Shown here one piece after another: positions 40,369 through 50,350 of a DNA stretch of 64,000 nt. The stretch comes from an uncultured Candidatus Competibacteraceae bacterium (GTDB lineage: Bacteria; Bacteroidota; Bacteroidia; CAIKAF01): the NCBI GenBank assembly GCA_964578885.1, contig CAZOEO010000012.1:16021-80020 (forward strand), given 5' to 3'. Made by a program: the position numbers and the translations under genes. Position 1 is the stretch's first letter. Every line of letters starts with the position of its first letter. Below the pieces are notes generated by a model that was not told where the DNA came from, searched no databases, and saw only the letters and a program-made list of their open reading frames with translations.

Positions 40369-40760
40369 TATATCGCTGCTTTTTGGGTTTCCGTTTCATT
40401 GTATTTAGATGGACATTTGGTGAGGACTTTGGCCGCCATAAACCTTTGATTTTGATATTTTCCAATCACCACCACTTGTTCACTACGGTCAAAATCCGCC
40501 GGCTTGGGGGCATTTAGCCAAACCTCCCGAACGTTTCCATCCCGATCTTTCATATAAAACGTAAAAAGGTTGGCATTTTGTTCTGGCTGATAAATCATGG
40601 GTTTATCCAACGCCAGGGTGCCTGCTACATGAAAGGTTTTGTCCGGAGCAGATTCAGCTTCCTGAAAGGTGGCATAGGACTCGGAATTTCCTAATGAAAC
40701 CAAACCGACCACCAGTATTCCGGCGGCTACCAAAAGAAGAAGAAGATGCACACGTTTCAT
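40368..40760 (-). CDS. ccmE: Cytochrome c maturation heme chaperone CcmE, CxxxY variant
   Basis: 130 aa with an N-terminal TM anchor and an OB-fold-like body. C-terminal KCPSKY sits where canonical CcmE has HxxxY. TAATG overlap with ccmF. Confidence 0.85.
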   Translation of the reverse strand: MKRVHLLLLLVAAGILVVGLVSLGNSESYATFQEAESAPDKTFHVAGTLALDKPMIYQPEQNANLFTFYMKDRDGNVREVWLNAPKPADFDRSEQVVVIGKYQNQRFMAAKVLTKCPSKYNETETQKAAI

Positions 40761-40785
40761 GGGCTGCGCTTATTTTTTTACAAAT

Positions 40786-42681
40786 TTAAGGCTTTGTTTT
40801 CGCTTTTTCCTCGGCTTTCCAAAGGTTGTCCTGAGGGTCGATGTCCGCCATATGTCTGCTTGGATCAATTTCGATGTCTGCTACTTGATCCAAACCAAAC
40901 GCCAAGGGAATTCGATACGAGGTAAATACCCATTCCCATGCAGGCAAAACAGTGGTCTCTTCCCCTTGAATTTTTTCTTTTTTCCCGCCCCGCATTAATT
41001 CCAGTGGAATGTAATAGGCCAGTTTTTTACCACTTTTTAACCGAACCATGAGGTCTATCGGCATGGGAAACCCTCCCTTTCTTTCCAGAACAATGGTGGC
41101 TTTTCCTTTTTCTTCGCTGGCGGTAACCCGATAGTCAATGGTTTGTAAGGAGTAAACAAATTGTTCGTGATACCAATCGAGTTCCAATTGGCTGGTGCGT
41201 TCCATGATTCGTAGAAAATCCCAGGGATCCGGATGTTTGAATTTCCATACTTCGAAATATCTCAACAAACCGCTGCGCCATGCTTCTTCGCCTACTACAT
41301 ACCGCAATTGGTTCAAATACACCGCACCGGCCACATAGGCAGACAGACTATAATCGGAATTTCGGTTATACCAATCCGCATGCGTGCTCAAAGGTTGTCT
41401 TTGGTCTCTTTTCAACAAAGCAAAATATGCCTGGTAGTTTCCTTTTTGCGCATCTTTTCCATCGTTTCCTTTAAATACCAAATCCATCATAAGTTCCGTC
41501 GCGAAATGGGTGAACCCTTCATCCATCCATGGATATTTTCCTTCGTGCGTAGCTAAAATGCCATAAAACCAATTGTGAATGGCTTCATGAAATGCAACAC
41601 TGACCAGTCCGTCTAATGCTCCTCTGGAAGTAATCAGGGTGGCCATGGGATATTCCATTCCACCGTCTCCGCCTTCGATGAAACTAAACACCGGATAGGG
41701 GTAATGTCCAAAATATTGAGCCATGTTTTGGAAAAAAGGAACCATGTAGGTTTGTAGCTTTTTCCAGTTTTCTAAATTGTTTTGTGGCTGGTACAAAAAA
41801 TGAATGACGGGACCGCCTGGCACTTCCAGTTGGTCATGTTGGTAATCTGGGTCGGCGGCCCAGGCAAAATCATGCACCTTTTCGGCTTTGAATTTCCATA
41901 CTTGCCGACCTTTCTCCTTAGGAACAAAGTTGGGACTTTTGGAACCATATCCCATGCCGATTTCTTGTGGATTCTGTAAGACGCCGGTGGCACCCACTAC
42001 GTATTTGGCGGGAAGATCTAAGGTAACTTCAAAACGTCCGAAATTTCCGTAGAATTCTCGTCCGATGTAGGGATCTGCATGCCATCCCTGGGCGTCATAA
42101 GCGCTCAGTTTCGGATACCATTGGGTCATGGAATAATCAATCCCGTCGGCACTGTTTCTGCCGCTTCTGCGAATCTGAATGGGAACCTGACTTTGAAAAA
42201 CCATGTCGATAACGGCCGATTGCCCGGGCAAAATCGGCGTGGGAAGGGAGACTTCCAGAATGGTCCCAACCACTTTGAAGGGAATGGATTGTCCATTCAA
42301 CTGAATGGAGGTAACTTTTTGAAAACCAATTTGGTCTTCGGTGAGTGCTGCAATGCGATTTCCCACCCTTCGATCTGGATCGGGAAGCCATCTGCTTCTA
42401 AAATCCATGGCGGAATTTGGCTGAAACGCATTGAAATACAAGTGATAGTATAATGCAAACAGGGTGTCCGGACTATGGTTGTTCAAGGTCAGTTTTTGCT
42501 GGCCGGCCAATTGATGTTTGGCATCGTCCAACCGGACGTGCATGTCATAATTGGTTTCTATTTGCCAATAATCTGAACGTTGAGCCGAAATCGCTCCAAC
42601 AAACCATAGGGAAAGAGGGATGGTTTTTAAAAATACCTTGTTAAGGTTGAGCTGAAGTTTGAGACCTGGCATAGCGGGCAT
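40786..42681 (-). CDS. M1 family metallopeptidase (secreted)
   Basis: HEAIHNWFYG-x-WMDEG (HExxH-x18-E). The start is uncertain: ATGs at 42681 and 42672 overlap the upstream OmpH gene end by 41 or 32 nt. Confidence 0.88.
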   Translation of the reverse strand: MPAMPGLKLQLNLNKVFLKTIPLSLWFVGAISAQRSDYWQIETNYDMHVRLDDAKHQLAGQQKLTLNNHSPDTLFALYYHLYFNAFQPNSAMDFRSRWLPDPDRRVGNRIAALTEDQIGFQKVTSIQLNGQSIPFKVVGTILEVSLPTPILPGQSAVIDMVFQSQVPIQIRRSGRNSADGIDYSMTQWYPKLSAYDAQGWHADPYIGREFYGNFGRFEVTLDLPAKYVVGATGVLQNPQEIGMGYGSKSPNFVPKEKGRQVWKFKAEKVHDFAWAADPDYQHDQLEVPGGPVIHFLYQPQNNLENWKKLQTYMVPFFQNMAQYFGHYPYPVFSFIEGGDGGMEYPMATLITSRGALDGLVSVAFHEAIHNWFYGILATHEGKYPWMDEGFTHFATELMMDLVFKGNDGKDAQKGNYQAYFALLKRDQRQPLSTHADWYNRNSDYSLSAYVAGAVYLNQLRYVVGEEAWRSGLLRYFEVWKFKHPDPWDFLRIMERTSQLELDWYHEQFVYSLQTIDYRVTASEEKGKATIVLERKGGFPMPIDLMVRLKSGKKLAYYIPLELMRGGKKEKIQGEETTVLPAWEWVFTSYRIPLAFGLDQVADIEIDPSRHMADIDPQDNLWKAEEKAKTKP

Positions 42682-43249
42682 TGATATGTTCGATGGCTTT
42701 CTGGGTGATGTCGCGTCGTGGATTGGCGTACAAAACTCCTGAGGTTTTCTGGGCTGCTAGGATGAAATCGGCTTGCAAATCTTCCCCAATTTCTGCGAAA
42801 TAAACATGCAGTGAATCGTAAACCTGACTAATCATTTGGGCCTCTTGCATGGCAGCCATTTGACTTAGCTCCTGATTGTCCTGCATAAGTTGTCCTTGCA
42901 TTTGCTGCAATTCTTCTTCGTATTTTCCTCTTTCTCTGGCTGTAAGGGTCGGGACTTTGCTTTCGTATTCTTTGAGTTTTCTTTCAAATCGAGCTTTGGC
43001 ATCCATCAGTTTGCTTTCGCGGATGCTATTGTCTGATCTGAATTTTTCATCCAAATCCTGCATCATTTGGAAACTGCCAATCACGGAGTCGGCTTGCACA
43101 TAAAAAACCTGAAGATTTCCGGATGGCGCCGGTAGGGTGTCGTGCGCCTGAACTTTTTCGCGGCTGCCACCTTTTCCCGTGAAATGAAGAATGTATATTC
43201 CTACAAGTCCTGCCGTGAGGACGCCCAAAATGAGCTTTTGTGTGTTCAT
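42641..43249 (-). CDS. OmpH/Skp family periplasmic chaperone
   Basis: N-terminal TM/signal MNTQKLILGVLTAGLVGIYIL. Long coiled-coil (KLKEYESKVPTLTARERGKYEEELQQMQGQLMQ). Confidence 0.8.
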   Translation of the reverse strand: MNTQKLILGVLTAGLVGIYILHFTGKGGSREKVQAHDTLPAPSGNLQVFYVQADSVIGSFQMMQDLDEKFRSDNSIRESKLMDAKARFERKLKEYESKVPTLTARERGKYEEELQQMQGQLMQDNQELSQMAAMQEAQMISQVYDSLHVYFAEIGEDLQADFILAAQKTSGVLYANPRRDITQKAIEHINARYARSQTSAQP

Positions 43250-43377
43250 GATTTACAATGAATTTGCACAAATATAAGGACGGAAATGAGATGCCCCCAG
43301 TTTCCTCCTTTTTTCCGGTGCCTTTTTCGGCATTTTAATGACTTTTGTCTTCCCGGAATAAAGTCAGGTGGAAGGAT

Positions 43378-44673
43378 TCATTTTTCTCCTTCAGGCTTAT
43401 TTTCCCAAAATCCCGTTTTCACTGGAATTCCCAATAATTCTTTTCGCAAGAGATTGAGTGCTGCGGCACTTGATCTTTGGATATTTCCCAGGCGGTCGTT
43501 TCCGAAATAGAAGCATTTGCTCCATACTCCCTTGGGTGTGGCACAAGCCATCCAAATCATTCCCACTGGTTTTTCTGCCGTTCCACCATCGGGTCCGGCC
43601 ACACCGCTTGTCGCTAAGGCATAATCCGCTCCGGTTCTTTCCTGAATGCCAAGCGCCATGGCTTCTACCACTGGCTGGCTCACCGCTCCGTGGGTCTGCA
43701 AAAGGTCTTCAGGGACGCCCAACATCATTTTTTTAATGTTGTTGTGATAGGCCACCACAGACCCCAAAAATACAGAGGAAATGCCGGGGATTTGCGTCAG
43801 CAAATGCGCCAGATAGCCGCCGGTACAACTTTCTGCCGTGGAGAGAGTTTGTTGGCGTTCTTTCAGAATCTGCCCCACCACAGCCGCTAAACTGGTTTGG
43901 TCTTCTCCATAAATCTCTCCAGGAATAAATGGCTGCAAACGATCAATTTCTGCCTGAATCTGCTGCGCCATGTTCCCATGTTTATCTTCTCCACTGAGCC
44001 GAAGCCGAACCTGCCCCACCGAGGGTAAGTAAGCCAGGGAAATGTCTTTCGGTAAAGTTTTTTCCCAGGGCTCAATCATTTTCATCAAGTAAGATTCTGG
44101 TATGCCTTCGGTTAAAAGAGTTCGATGAACTAGTGATCTGCGAGGGAATTTTTCCATGATCCAGGGAAAACCACTGGTGGTCATGATTTTCTTCATTTCG
44201 TAGGGGACGCCGGGTAAGGAAATGAGGACGCCTTTTTCTGATGGGAAAAGCATGCCAGGTGCGGTGCCCCATGCATTTTTTAAAGGAATGCAGGAGGCTG
44301 GTAAGTCTGCCTGGGCTCGATTTTCTTCCGTGAGTGCGCGATTTCTTTGGGCGAAAAAATCCCGAATCATGTCTTCGATCTCCGGCACGCGAACCAAATG
44401 CGATTGGGTAAACCGGGTGAGTACGGGCTTGGTCAAATCATCGGCTGTAGGGCCCAGACCGCCTGTAATAATCACAATGGGATATTTTTCGGATAAATGG
44501 GCCACTGCATTCAGGATGGCTTCTTCATCGTCTGGAATAGTCAGCATTTCGCCCACCGCATAGCCCCGAAGATTGAGTTGCTCGGCCAGCCAGACCGTAT
44601 TGGTGTTGGTGATTTGGCCGATTAAAATCTCATCGCCAATGGATAAAAGGGCAGCTTCTAAAGTGACTTGCAT
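43378..44673 (-). CDS. cinA: Competence/damage-inducible protein CinA (MoCF-like domain plus nicotinamide-nucleotide amidase domain)
   Basis: LSIGDEILIGQITNTN, ITGGLGPTADD, and C-terminal TAESCTGG; 431 aa. Confidence 0.92.
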   Translation of the reverse strand: MQVTLEAALLSIGDEILIGQITNTNTVWLAEQLNLRGYAVGEMLTIPDDEEAILNAVAHLSEKYPIVIITGGLGPTADDLTKPVLTRFTQSHLVRVPEIEDMIRDFFAQRNRALTEENRAQADLPASCIPLKNAWGTAPGMLFPSEKGVLISLPGVPYEMKKIMTTSGFPWIMEKFPRRSLVHRTLLTEGIPESYLMKMIEPWEKTLPKDISLAYLPSVGQVRLRLSGEDKHGNMAQQIQAEIDRLQPFIPGEIYGEDQTSLAAVVGQILKERQQTLSTAESCTGGYLAHLLTQIPGISSVFLGSVVAYHNNIKKMMLGVPEDLLQTHGAVSQPVVEAMALGIQERTGADYALATSGVAGPDGGTAEKPVGMIWMACATPKGVWSKCFYFGNDRLGNIQRSSAAALNLLRKELLGIPVKTGFWENKPEGEK

Positions 44674-44746
44674 GGGTAAATGGGATAAAACTTTTCAAGT
44701 AAGATGCTTAACAAAAATTAACCGGTTCGGTTCAAGCGAAATTCTA

Positions 44747-44772
44747 TTGCGGCATCAAAAATGATAATTTTG
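44747..44772 (+). promoter_or_regulatory. Candidate promoter of the Bat/MoxR operon
   Basis: TAATTTTG (TAnnTTTG) at 44765-44772, 30 nt before ATG 44802. TTG at 44747-44749, but the spacer is only 15 nt. Confidence 0.3.
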
Positions 44773-44801
44773 TGCGAAACCCTTTATTTTTCAGGAAATA
44801 C

Positions 44802-45800
44802 ATGGAACAACATCCCGTTGATATAACGGCGCTAAATGCGCGTATTCAGGAAGGTTCAGCCTTTGTGAAATTGCTGCATATGGAACTGGACAAGGTGATT
44901 ATTGGGCAAAAACATATGACCGATCGCCTTATGATTGCATTGTTGTCCGATGGGCATATTCTCCTGGAGGGTGTTCCGGGATTGGCAAAAACGCTGGCCA
45001 TCAAAAGTTTATCCAAGGCTATTTCAGCAGATTTCAGCAGAATTCAGTTTACACCCGATTTGCTACCGGCAGATGTGGTGGGAACCGTTATTTACAACCC
45101 TCGTCAGGAACAGTTTTCCGTGAAAAAGGGACCTGTATTTGCTCATTTTGTCCTGGCCGACGAAATCAACCGGGCACCTGCAAAAGTGCAATCTGCTTTG
45201 CTCGAAGCCATGCAGGAAAGACAAGTGACCATCGGAGACCAAACGCACCTTTTGCCTGCGCCTTTTATGGTTTTGGCCACCCAAAACCCTGTGGAACAAG
45301 AAGGTACTTATCCGCTGCCGGAAGCGCAGGTAGACCGCTTTATGCTCAAAGTAAAGTTGGATTATCCCACCAAGGAAGAAGAGCGTAAAATTATTCAGCT
45401 GAACTTATTGGGAGCTTTCCCGGAAATCCGACCTGTAGTTTCGGTTCAGGAAATTCTGACTGCGCGCAAACTGGTCAAAGAGGTGTACATGGACGAAAGA
45501 ATCCAACAATACATCGTTGATTTAATTTTTGCCACCCGTGATCCATCTAGCGTAGGAATGCAGGATCAGGCTAATTTCATTGCATTTGGTGGTTCTCCGA
45601 GGGCCAGCATAAGCCTGGCGCAAGCGGCCAAAGCCCACGCATTTTTGCAGCGCAGGGGATTTGTGATTCCGGAAGACGTACGCGCTGTTTGCCCCGATGT
45701 GCTAAGGCACCGTATTGGTTTAACCTTTGAGGCAGAAGCGGAAAATCTCACCACGGATCATCTTATCGACCAGTTTTTGAACCATGTAGAAGTTCCTTAA
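44802..45800 (+). CDS. moxR: MoxR family AAA+ ATPase
   Basis: Walker A LEGVPGLAKT, Walker B VLADEINRAPAKVQSALLEAMQE, ATQNP. Confidence 0.95.
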   Translation: MEQHPVDITALNARIQEGSAFVKLLHMELDKVIIGQKHMTDRLMIALLSDGHILLEGVPGLAKTLAIKSLSKAISADFSRIQFTPDLLPADVVGTVIYNPRQEQFSVKKGPVFAHFVLADEINRAPAKVQSALLEAMQERQVTIGDQTHLLPAPFMVLATQNPVEQEGTYPLPEAQVDRFMLKVKLDYPTKEEERKIIQLNLLGAFPEIRPVVSVQEILTARKLVKEVYMDERIQQYIVDLIFATRDPSSVGMQDQANFIAFGGSPRASISLAQAAKAHAFLQRRGFVIPEDVRAVCPDVLRHRIGLTFEAEAENLTTDHLIDQFLNHVEVP

Positions 45801-45817
45801 TCCGAACAAGGATCCCA

Positions 45818-46696
45818 ATGGAAGAGGTCAAGGAATTAATCCGCAAAGTTCGAAACATCGAAATAAAAGCCCGGGGACTGACCAAACAGCTGTTCTCGGG
45901 ACAGTATCACGCCGCTTTTAAGGGTCGGGGTATTTCCTTTGCGGAAGTTCGTGAATATCAGTACGGTGATGATGTGCGATTGATCGACTGGAACGTCACG
46001 GCCCGCCAGAACAAACCTTTTATCAAGGTTTTCGATGAGGAACGCGAATTGTCTGTGATGTTGCTTGTGGATGTAAGCGCCTCTACGTCATTTGGTTCTC
46101 ACCATGGAAGCCGAAGAGAACTGATTGCTGAAATGTTTGCAGTACTGGCTTTTTCCGCCCTGCAAAACAATGATAAAGTCGGCATGATTTTATTTTCGGA
46201 CCATATCGAGGCCTTTGTTCCTCCCAGAAAAGGGAAAGCCCATATTTTACGAATGGTTCGGGACGTACTTCAGCATGAACCTTCAGGAAAAATGACCGAT
46301 GTGGCGCAAGCCCTTGATTATCTCGGTAAAGTAATTAAAAGGAGGTGCACTGCTTTCCTGATTAGCGATCTGGGAAAAGGAGAGTTAGGTAAAAGTTTAA
46401 AAATTGTAGGAAGGATGCACGATTTACTGGTACTTCAGGTCGCCGATGCATTGGAACGTAAATTACCTAAAGTTGGTCTGGTCTATGTCCAGGACCCTGA
46501 AACCGGCGCCACTACCCTGATCGATACCGCCAATGTCAGGGTGAGAAAAGCGTACCTGACCCAATGGATGGAAAGGCAGGATACCATTCGCAAACAAATG
46601 CGGGCCACCGGAACTGACCATGTCCTCATTTTTACCGATACGGGTTACATTCAGCCCATTCGGCAGTTATTTCACCAAAGAGAATGGAGAAGATGA
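45818..46696 (+). CDS. DUF58 domain protein (MoxR-associated, VWA-like)
   Basis: FKGRGISFAEVREYQYGDDVRLIDWNVTAR; LLVDVSAS. Confidence 0.9.
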   Translation: MEEVKELIRKVRNIEIKARGLTKQLFSGQYHAAFKGRGISFAEVREYQYGDDVRLIDWNVTARQNKPFIKVFDEERELSVMLLVDVSASTSFGSHHGSRRELIAEMFAVLAFSALQNNDKVGMILFSDHIEAFVPPRKGKAHILRMVRDVLQHEPSGKMTDVAQALDYLGKVIKRRCTAFLISDLGKGELGKSLKIVGRMHDLLVLQVADALERKLPKVGLVYVQDPETGATTLIDTANVRVRKAYLTQWMERQDTIRKQMRATGTDHVLIFTDTGYIQPIRQLFHQREWRR

Positions 46697-47631
46697 GCAA
46701 AGTTCTCATAGGAAGCATGCTGTGGCTTTTGGGATGGTGTATTCATGCGCAAGAAGTGAGGTTGCAATTGAATACGGATTCCATACAACTTGGCGACCAG
46801 CGTGTGATGACGATTTCCGCCACGCATCCGAAAAATTGGGTGCTCATTTGGCCCGATTTATTTAGCCAAATGCCCGCTCAAGTTCAGGTGGTGGATAAGG
46901 GACATCCGGATTCTGTGAACCATCAGGCCGCAGAAGTGCAATATATTCAACGTATTACACTGGGTTTTTATGGTGAAGGAAAAGGTGTCATACCTGCTTA
47001 TACATTTCAATTTCAATCGCAGTCCGGTGAAACCATCATTCAACATACCGACAGTATTTCATTTGAGGTTTTTGTTCCAGAAGTGAATGTAAGCCAACCT
47101 TTTATGGATATCACCGGCCCTATTGATCCGGGATATCATTGGAAGGAATTTATCCCGATTATCCTGATTGTATTATTGTTGGCTTTGCTCATCGTCCTGG
47201 GCTGGTGGGCCTGGAACACCTACCAAAGGAGAAAGTTAATTCCAACTCCTCCCCCTGTGATTCCTGCAAAAAGTCCATTGGAATTGGCATTGGAGGCCTT
47301 ACAAATTTTAGAAAAGCAAGAGGCCTGGCGGACTATGCCTCGTCAGGAATTTTACGATGCCCTCACCCGCATCATCAAACAATTTTTATTGGGCCGGTAT
47401 GGGTTTAATGCCCCTGACATGGACAGTACAGATATTATGCAGCAAATTAGATTGTTGGTATCGGATGAAAGTCATTGTACCAAACTCGCTGAATGGTTTT
47501 ATGCGGCAGATATGGTCAAATTTGCCAAAGCAGATATGAGGGAAGAGTTGTCGCAAAAAGCTTTGTTGGACTTGAGGAGCTGGATTACCAGTGCGGGCTT
47601 GAAACCAGAAAATACAGATTCATCGTTATGA
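46684..47631 (+). CDS. Bat-operon membrane protein (DUF4381-like)
   Basis: Signal peptide, a beta-rich N-domain, a single TM (FIPIILIVLLLALLIVLGWWAW), and a helical C-domain. Sits in the third position of the Bat operon. Alternative ATGA-coupled start at 46693. Confidence 0.7.
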   Translation: MEKMSKVLIGSMLWLLGWCIHAQEVRLQLNTDSIQLGDQRVMTISATHPKNWVLIWPDLFSQMPAQVQVVDKGHPDSVNHQAAEVQYIQRITLGFYGEGKGVIPAYTFQFQSQSGETIIQHTDSISFEVFVPEVNVSQPFMDITGPIDPGYHWKEFIPIILIVLLLALLIVLGWWAWNTYQRRKLIPTPPPVIPAKSPLELALEALQILEKQEAWRTMPRQEFYDALTRIIKQFLLGRYGFNAPDMDSTDIMQQIRLLVSDESHCTKLAEWFYAADMVKFAKADMREELSQKALLDLRSWITSAGLKPENTDSSL

Positions 47632-48629
47632 ACTGGAATCTCACCTTTGATGCACCCTGGGTGTTGGCGCTGATTCCGGTGGTCTGGGTGCTGGTGATTT
47701 GGCGAAACCTTCGCTTGCCAAAACTTCGTCCGGCTTGGCAAAACCCACTGCAGGCATCTGGTTTTCATTTGCCGGCTAGTTTCCGGCAAAAATGTATGCC
47801 AATATTATGGATTCTGCGTGTCTTGGCTTTGTCACTATGTTTAATCGCCCTGGCCATTCCACGCGGATTTATCGGGTTTTCTCAATCTTCTCGGAAAATT
47901 GTAGACATTCAGTTGGTACTGGACGTATCCTTGTCTATGATGGCGCGGGATTTCGAACCCAATCGACTGGAATCTGCCAAAAAGATTGGGGCAGAGTTCA
48001 TCGAAAGTCGGCCGGAAGATCGCATTGGATTGGTCACTTTCTCGGGAGAAAGTTATGCCAAATGTCCACTGACGACGGATCATGGTCTGCTTCTAGACGC
48101 CTTAGGTTCTGTGGAAGCGGGAGTACTTGGAAATGGAACGGCCATTGGAATGGGGGTGGCTACAGCCGTTTCTCGTTTACGGAAATCCGAAGCCGTCTCG
48201 AAAATTGTGATTTTACTTACAGACGGAGAAAATAATGCGGGCGATGTGGCGCCGCTTACCGCTGCTGAAATGGCGCGAAATTTCGAAGTGAGATTATACA
48301 CCATTGGTGTCGGGAAAATGGGTCAGGCCCTGGCGCCGGTGGCCTTAGATGCATTAGGTCAGATACAGTATGGACCTACTGAAGTGAGAATTGATGAGCC
48401 ATTGCTCAAGGAAATGGCACAAATTACAGGTGGTAAGTATTTTAGGGCCACGAATGAAGCCGGATTACGCCAAATTTTTCAAGATATTGATCAGATGGAG
48501 AAAACATTGGTCGAAGTGAAAGAGTATCAGCGTAAACCACATCGATATCATATGTTTGTAGTGGTAGCTGCGGCATTGTTCGGTCTGGAGTTATTGTTGC
48601 GTTTCACCTGGCTTAAAACCTTGAATTGA
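47628..48629 (+). CDS. batA: VWA domain aerotolerance protein BatA
   Basis: N-terminal TMs, MIDAS LVLDVSLSM, LLTDGENN, and a C-terminal TM. The ATG at 47628 overlaps the upstream stop (ATGA). Confidence 0.88.
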   Translation: MNWNLTFDAPWVLALIPVVWVLVIWRNLRLPKLRPAWQNPLQASGFHLPASFRQKCMPILWILRVLALSLCLIALAIPRGFIGFSQSSRKIVDIQLVLDVSLSMMARDFEPNRLESAKKIGAEFIESRPEDRIGLVTFSGESYAKCPLTTDHGLLLDALGSVEAGVLGNGTAIGMGVATAVSRLRKSEAVSKIVILLTDGENNAGDVAPLTAAEMARNFEVRLYTIGVGKMGQALAPVALDALGQIQYGPTEVRIDEPLLKEMAQITGGKYFRATNEAGLRQIFQDIDQMEKTLVEVKEYQRKPHRYHMFVVVAAALFGLELLLRFTWLKTLN

Positions 48630-49666
48630 TGCAACGATTCATTTTTCAATATCCGGAATACCTATGGGGTTTGGCAGCGGGGCTACCCATTTTGGCGGTG
48701 GCTTTCTGGTTGCTATGGTGGGTGCGTAAAAAACGACTGGGATGGCTTGCGGGAAAAGCCCAGGTTCCGAAAATGTTTCCCGGTTGGACGGACGCCAGGC
48801 AAATTCTTCGTTATGCCCTTCTTTGGATGGGCGTGGCCGGTTTTCTTGTGGCGTTGGCCCGCCCACGCTTTGGAACGGCCCGGGAAACCGCAGAACGCAG
48901 CGGCGTGTACATTGCACTTGTTTTGGATGTAAGTACTTCCATGTTGGCCGAAGACATTCTACCGAATCGACTGCAACGCGCTAAAATGGCCATTTCTCAA
49001 CTTTTTAAACGTTTCCGAAACGACCAGGTGGCCTTGGTGGTTTTTGCAGGATCTGCTCATTTGGCCGTGCCCATGACGCCGGATTTGGCTTTTGCGCAAA
49101 TGGCCTTAGATTATGCGGACACAGAATCGCCTGCATATCAAGGTACACAACTTACGGAAGCGCTGGATCAAGCCATTCAGGCTTTCCCGGAAGAAAGAAC
49201 AGGAGGAGCTGCCATCATCCTCATGACCGATGGAGAAGATCATGAAGGAAGTGCGGTGGAAAAAGCCAGAGAAGCCTACAAGAACAACATTATTGTACAT
49301 GCCATGGGCATCGGCAAATCACAAGGCGCACCTATTCCACAATACAGTGGACAAACATTGGTGGGTTATAAAAAAGATAGTGATGGAAATCCTATCCTTA
49401 CTACCTTGAATATGAATTTGTTGCAGGAAATTGCTCAAGCCGGAGGAGGCATTGCTGTTCAGGGTGAAAATCCAACCCAGGCCATTGAGGATATTTTTAG
49501 CCAGATTGAATCGATGAACAGGGAAGTCTTTTCCCTTGAAGAAAGAGACGACATGCAGGACCAGTTTTTCTGGTTTCTTTGGCCTGCGTTTTGCGTCTTA
49601 TTGGCAGAAAGTTTGATTGCAGAAAGAGGAATACCATGGTGGAAAAAGTTTGGATTTTTCGATTAG
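48629..49666 (+). CDS. batB: VWA domain aerotolerance protein BatB
   Basis: MIDAS LVLDVSTSM, LMTDGEDH, and a C-terminal TM. TGATG overlap with batA. Confidence 0.88.
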   Translation: MQRFIFQYPEYLWGLAAGLPILAVAFWLLWWVRKKRLGWLAGKAQVPKMFPGWTDARQILRYALLWMGVAGFLVALARPRFGTARETAERSGVYIALVLDVSTSMLAEDILPNRLQRAKMAISQLFKRFRNDQVALVVFAGSAHLAVPMTPDLAFAQMALDYADTESPAYQGTQLTEALDQAIQAFPEERTGGAAIILMTDGEDHEGSAVEKAREAYKNNIIVHAMGIGKSQGAPIPQYSGQTLVGYKKDSDGNPILTTLNMNLLQEIAQAGGGIAVQGENPTQAIEDIFSQIESMNREVFSLEERDDMQDQFFWFLWPAFCVLLAESLIAERGIPWWKKFGFFD

Positions 49667-50349
49667 TTCCGGGCTTTTGGGCACTGTGCCTTGGCGTGCA
49701 GGCTCAGCAAATCTGGGATCATCCGAACCGGTCTCTCCGGAACGGAAATCGGTCTTATGCGGCAGGAGAATATGCACCTGCCATGAAAAGTTATTCGGAA
49801 GCCTTGTCGCGTGAAGCCGGAAACCCAACGGCACATTTTAATTTGGGCGCGGCTTTGTATCGAAGCGGAAAGCAAGATTCGGCTGCCTTTCATTTTAACC
49901 AGGCTGCCAGTAGTTTTACCGATCCACAATCTAAAAGTCTTGCGCATTACAATCTTGGAAATACCTTTTTACATCAGAAAAAATGGAAAGAAGGCATAGA
50001 ACAGTACATTGCGTCTCTCAAGGCCAATCCACAAAATCCTTCTGCGCGATATAATTTGGCGTATGCCCTGAAAATGATGCAGCAACAACAACAACAACAG
50101 CAGCAACAACAAAATCAGGATCAGAAAAAAGATCAGCAGCAAGACCAACAAGATCAGCAGCAACAACAGCAACAAAACCAGGAACAGTCGCCAAGCCAGC
50201 AGCCACCGCCTTCTTCCAACGGCAAGCAAATGACCCGTGAAGAAGCCGAACGAATGCTCGATGCATTGGATAGACGAGAGGCGCAAATGCAAAAGGATCA
50301 GAAACAGCCGCCTCAGCAAAATTCACGTAAACCGCAAAAAGACTGGTAA
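49636..50349 (+). CDS. batC: TPR-repeat protein BatC with a Gln-rich C-terminal region
   Basis: Signal/TM MVEKVWIFRLVPGFWALCLGVQAQ. TPR-like AHFNLGAALYRSG and AHYNLGNTFLHQKKW. A poly-Q tract follows. Confidence 0.8.
   Translation: MVEKVWIFRLVPGFWALCLGVQAQQIWDHPNRSLRNGNRSYAAGEYAPAMKSYSEALSREAGNPTAHFNLGAALYRSGKQDSAAFHFNQAASSFTDPQSKSLAHYNLGNTFLHQKKWKEGIEQYIASLKANPQNPSARYNLAYALKMMQQQQQQQQQQQNQDQKKDQQQDQQDQQQQQQQNQEQSPSQQPPPSSNGKQMTREEAERMLDALDRREAQMQKDQKQPPQQNSRKPQKDW
50080..50187 (+). repeat. CAA/CAG-rich simple-sequence tract encoding the Q-rich segment of BatC
   Basis: Reads CAG CAA CAA CAA CAA CAA CAG CAG CAA CAA CAA AAT CAG GAT CAG ... CAG CAA CAA CAG CAA CAA AAC CAG GAA CAG. Protein: QQQQQQQQQQQNQDQKKDQQQDQQDQQQQQQQNQEQ. 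Confidence 0.9.
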
Positions 50350-50350
50350 C

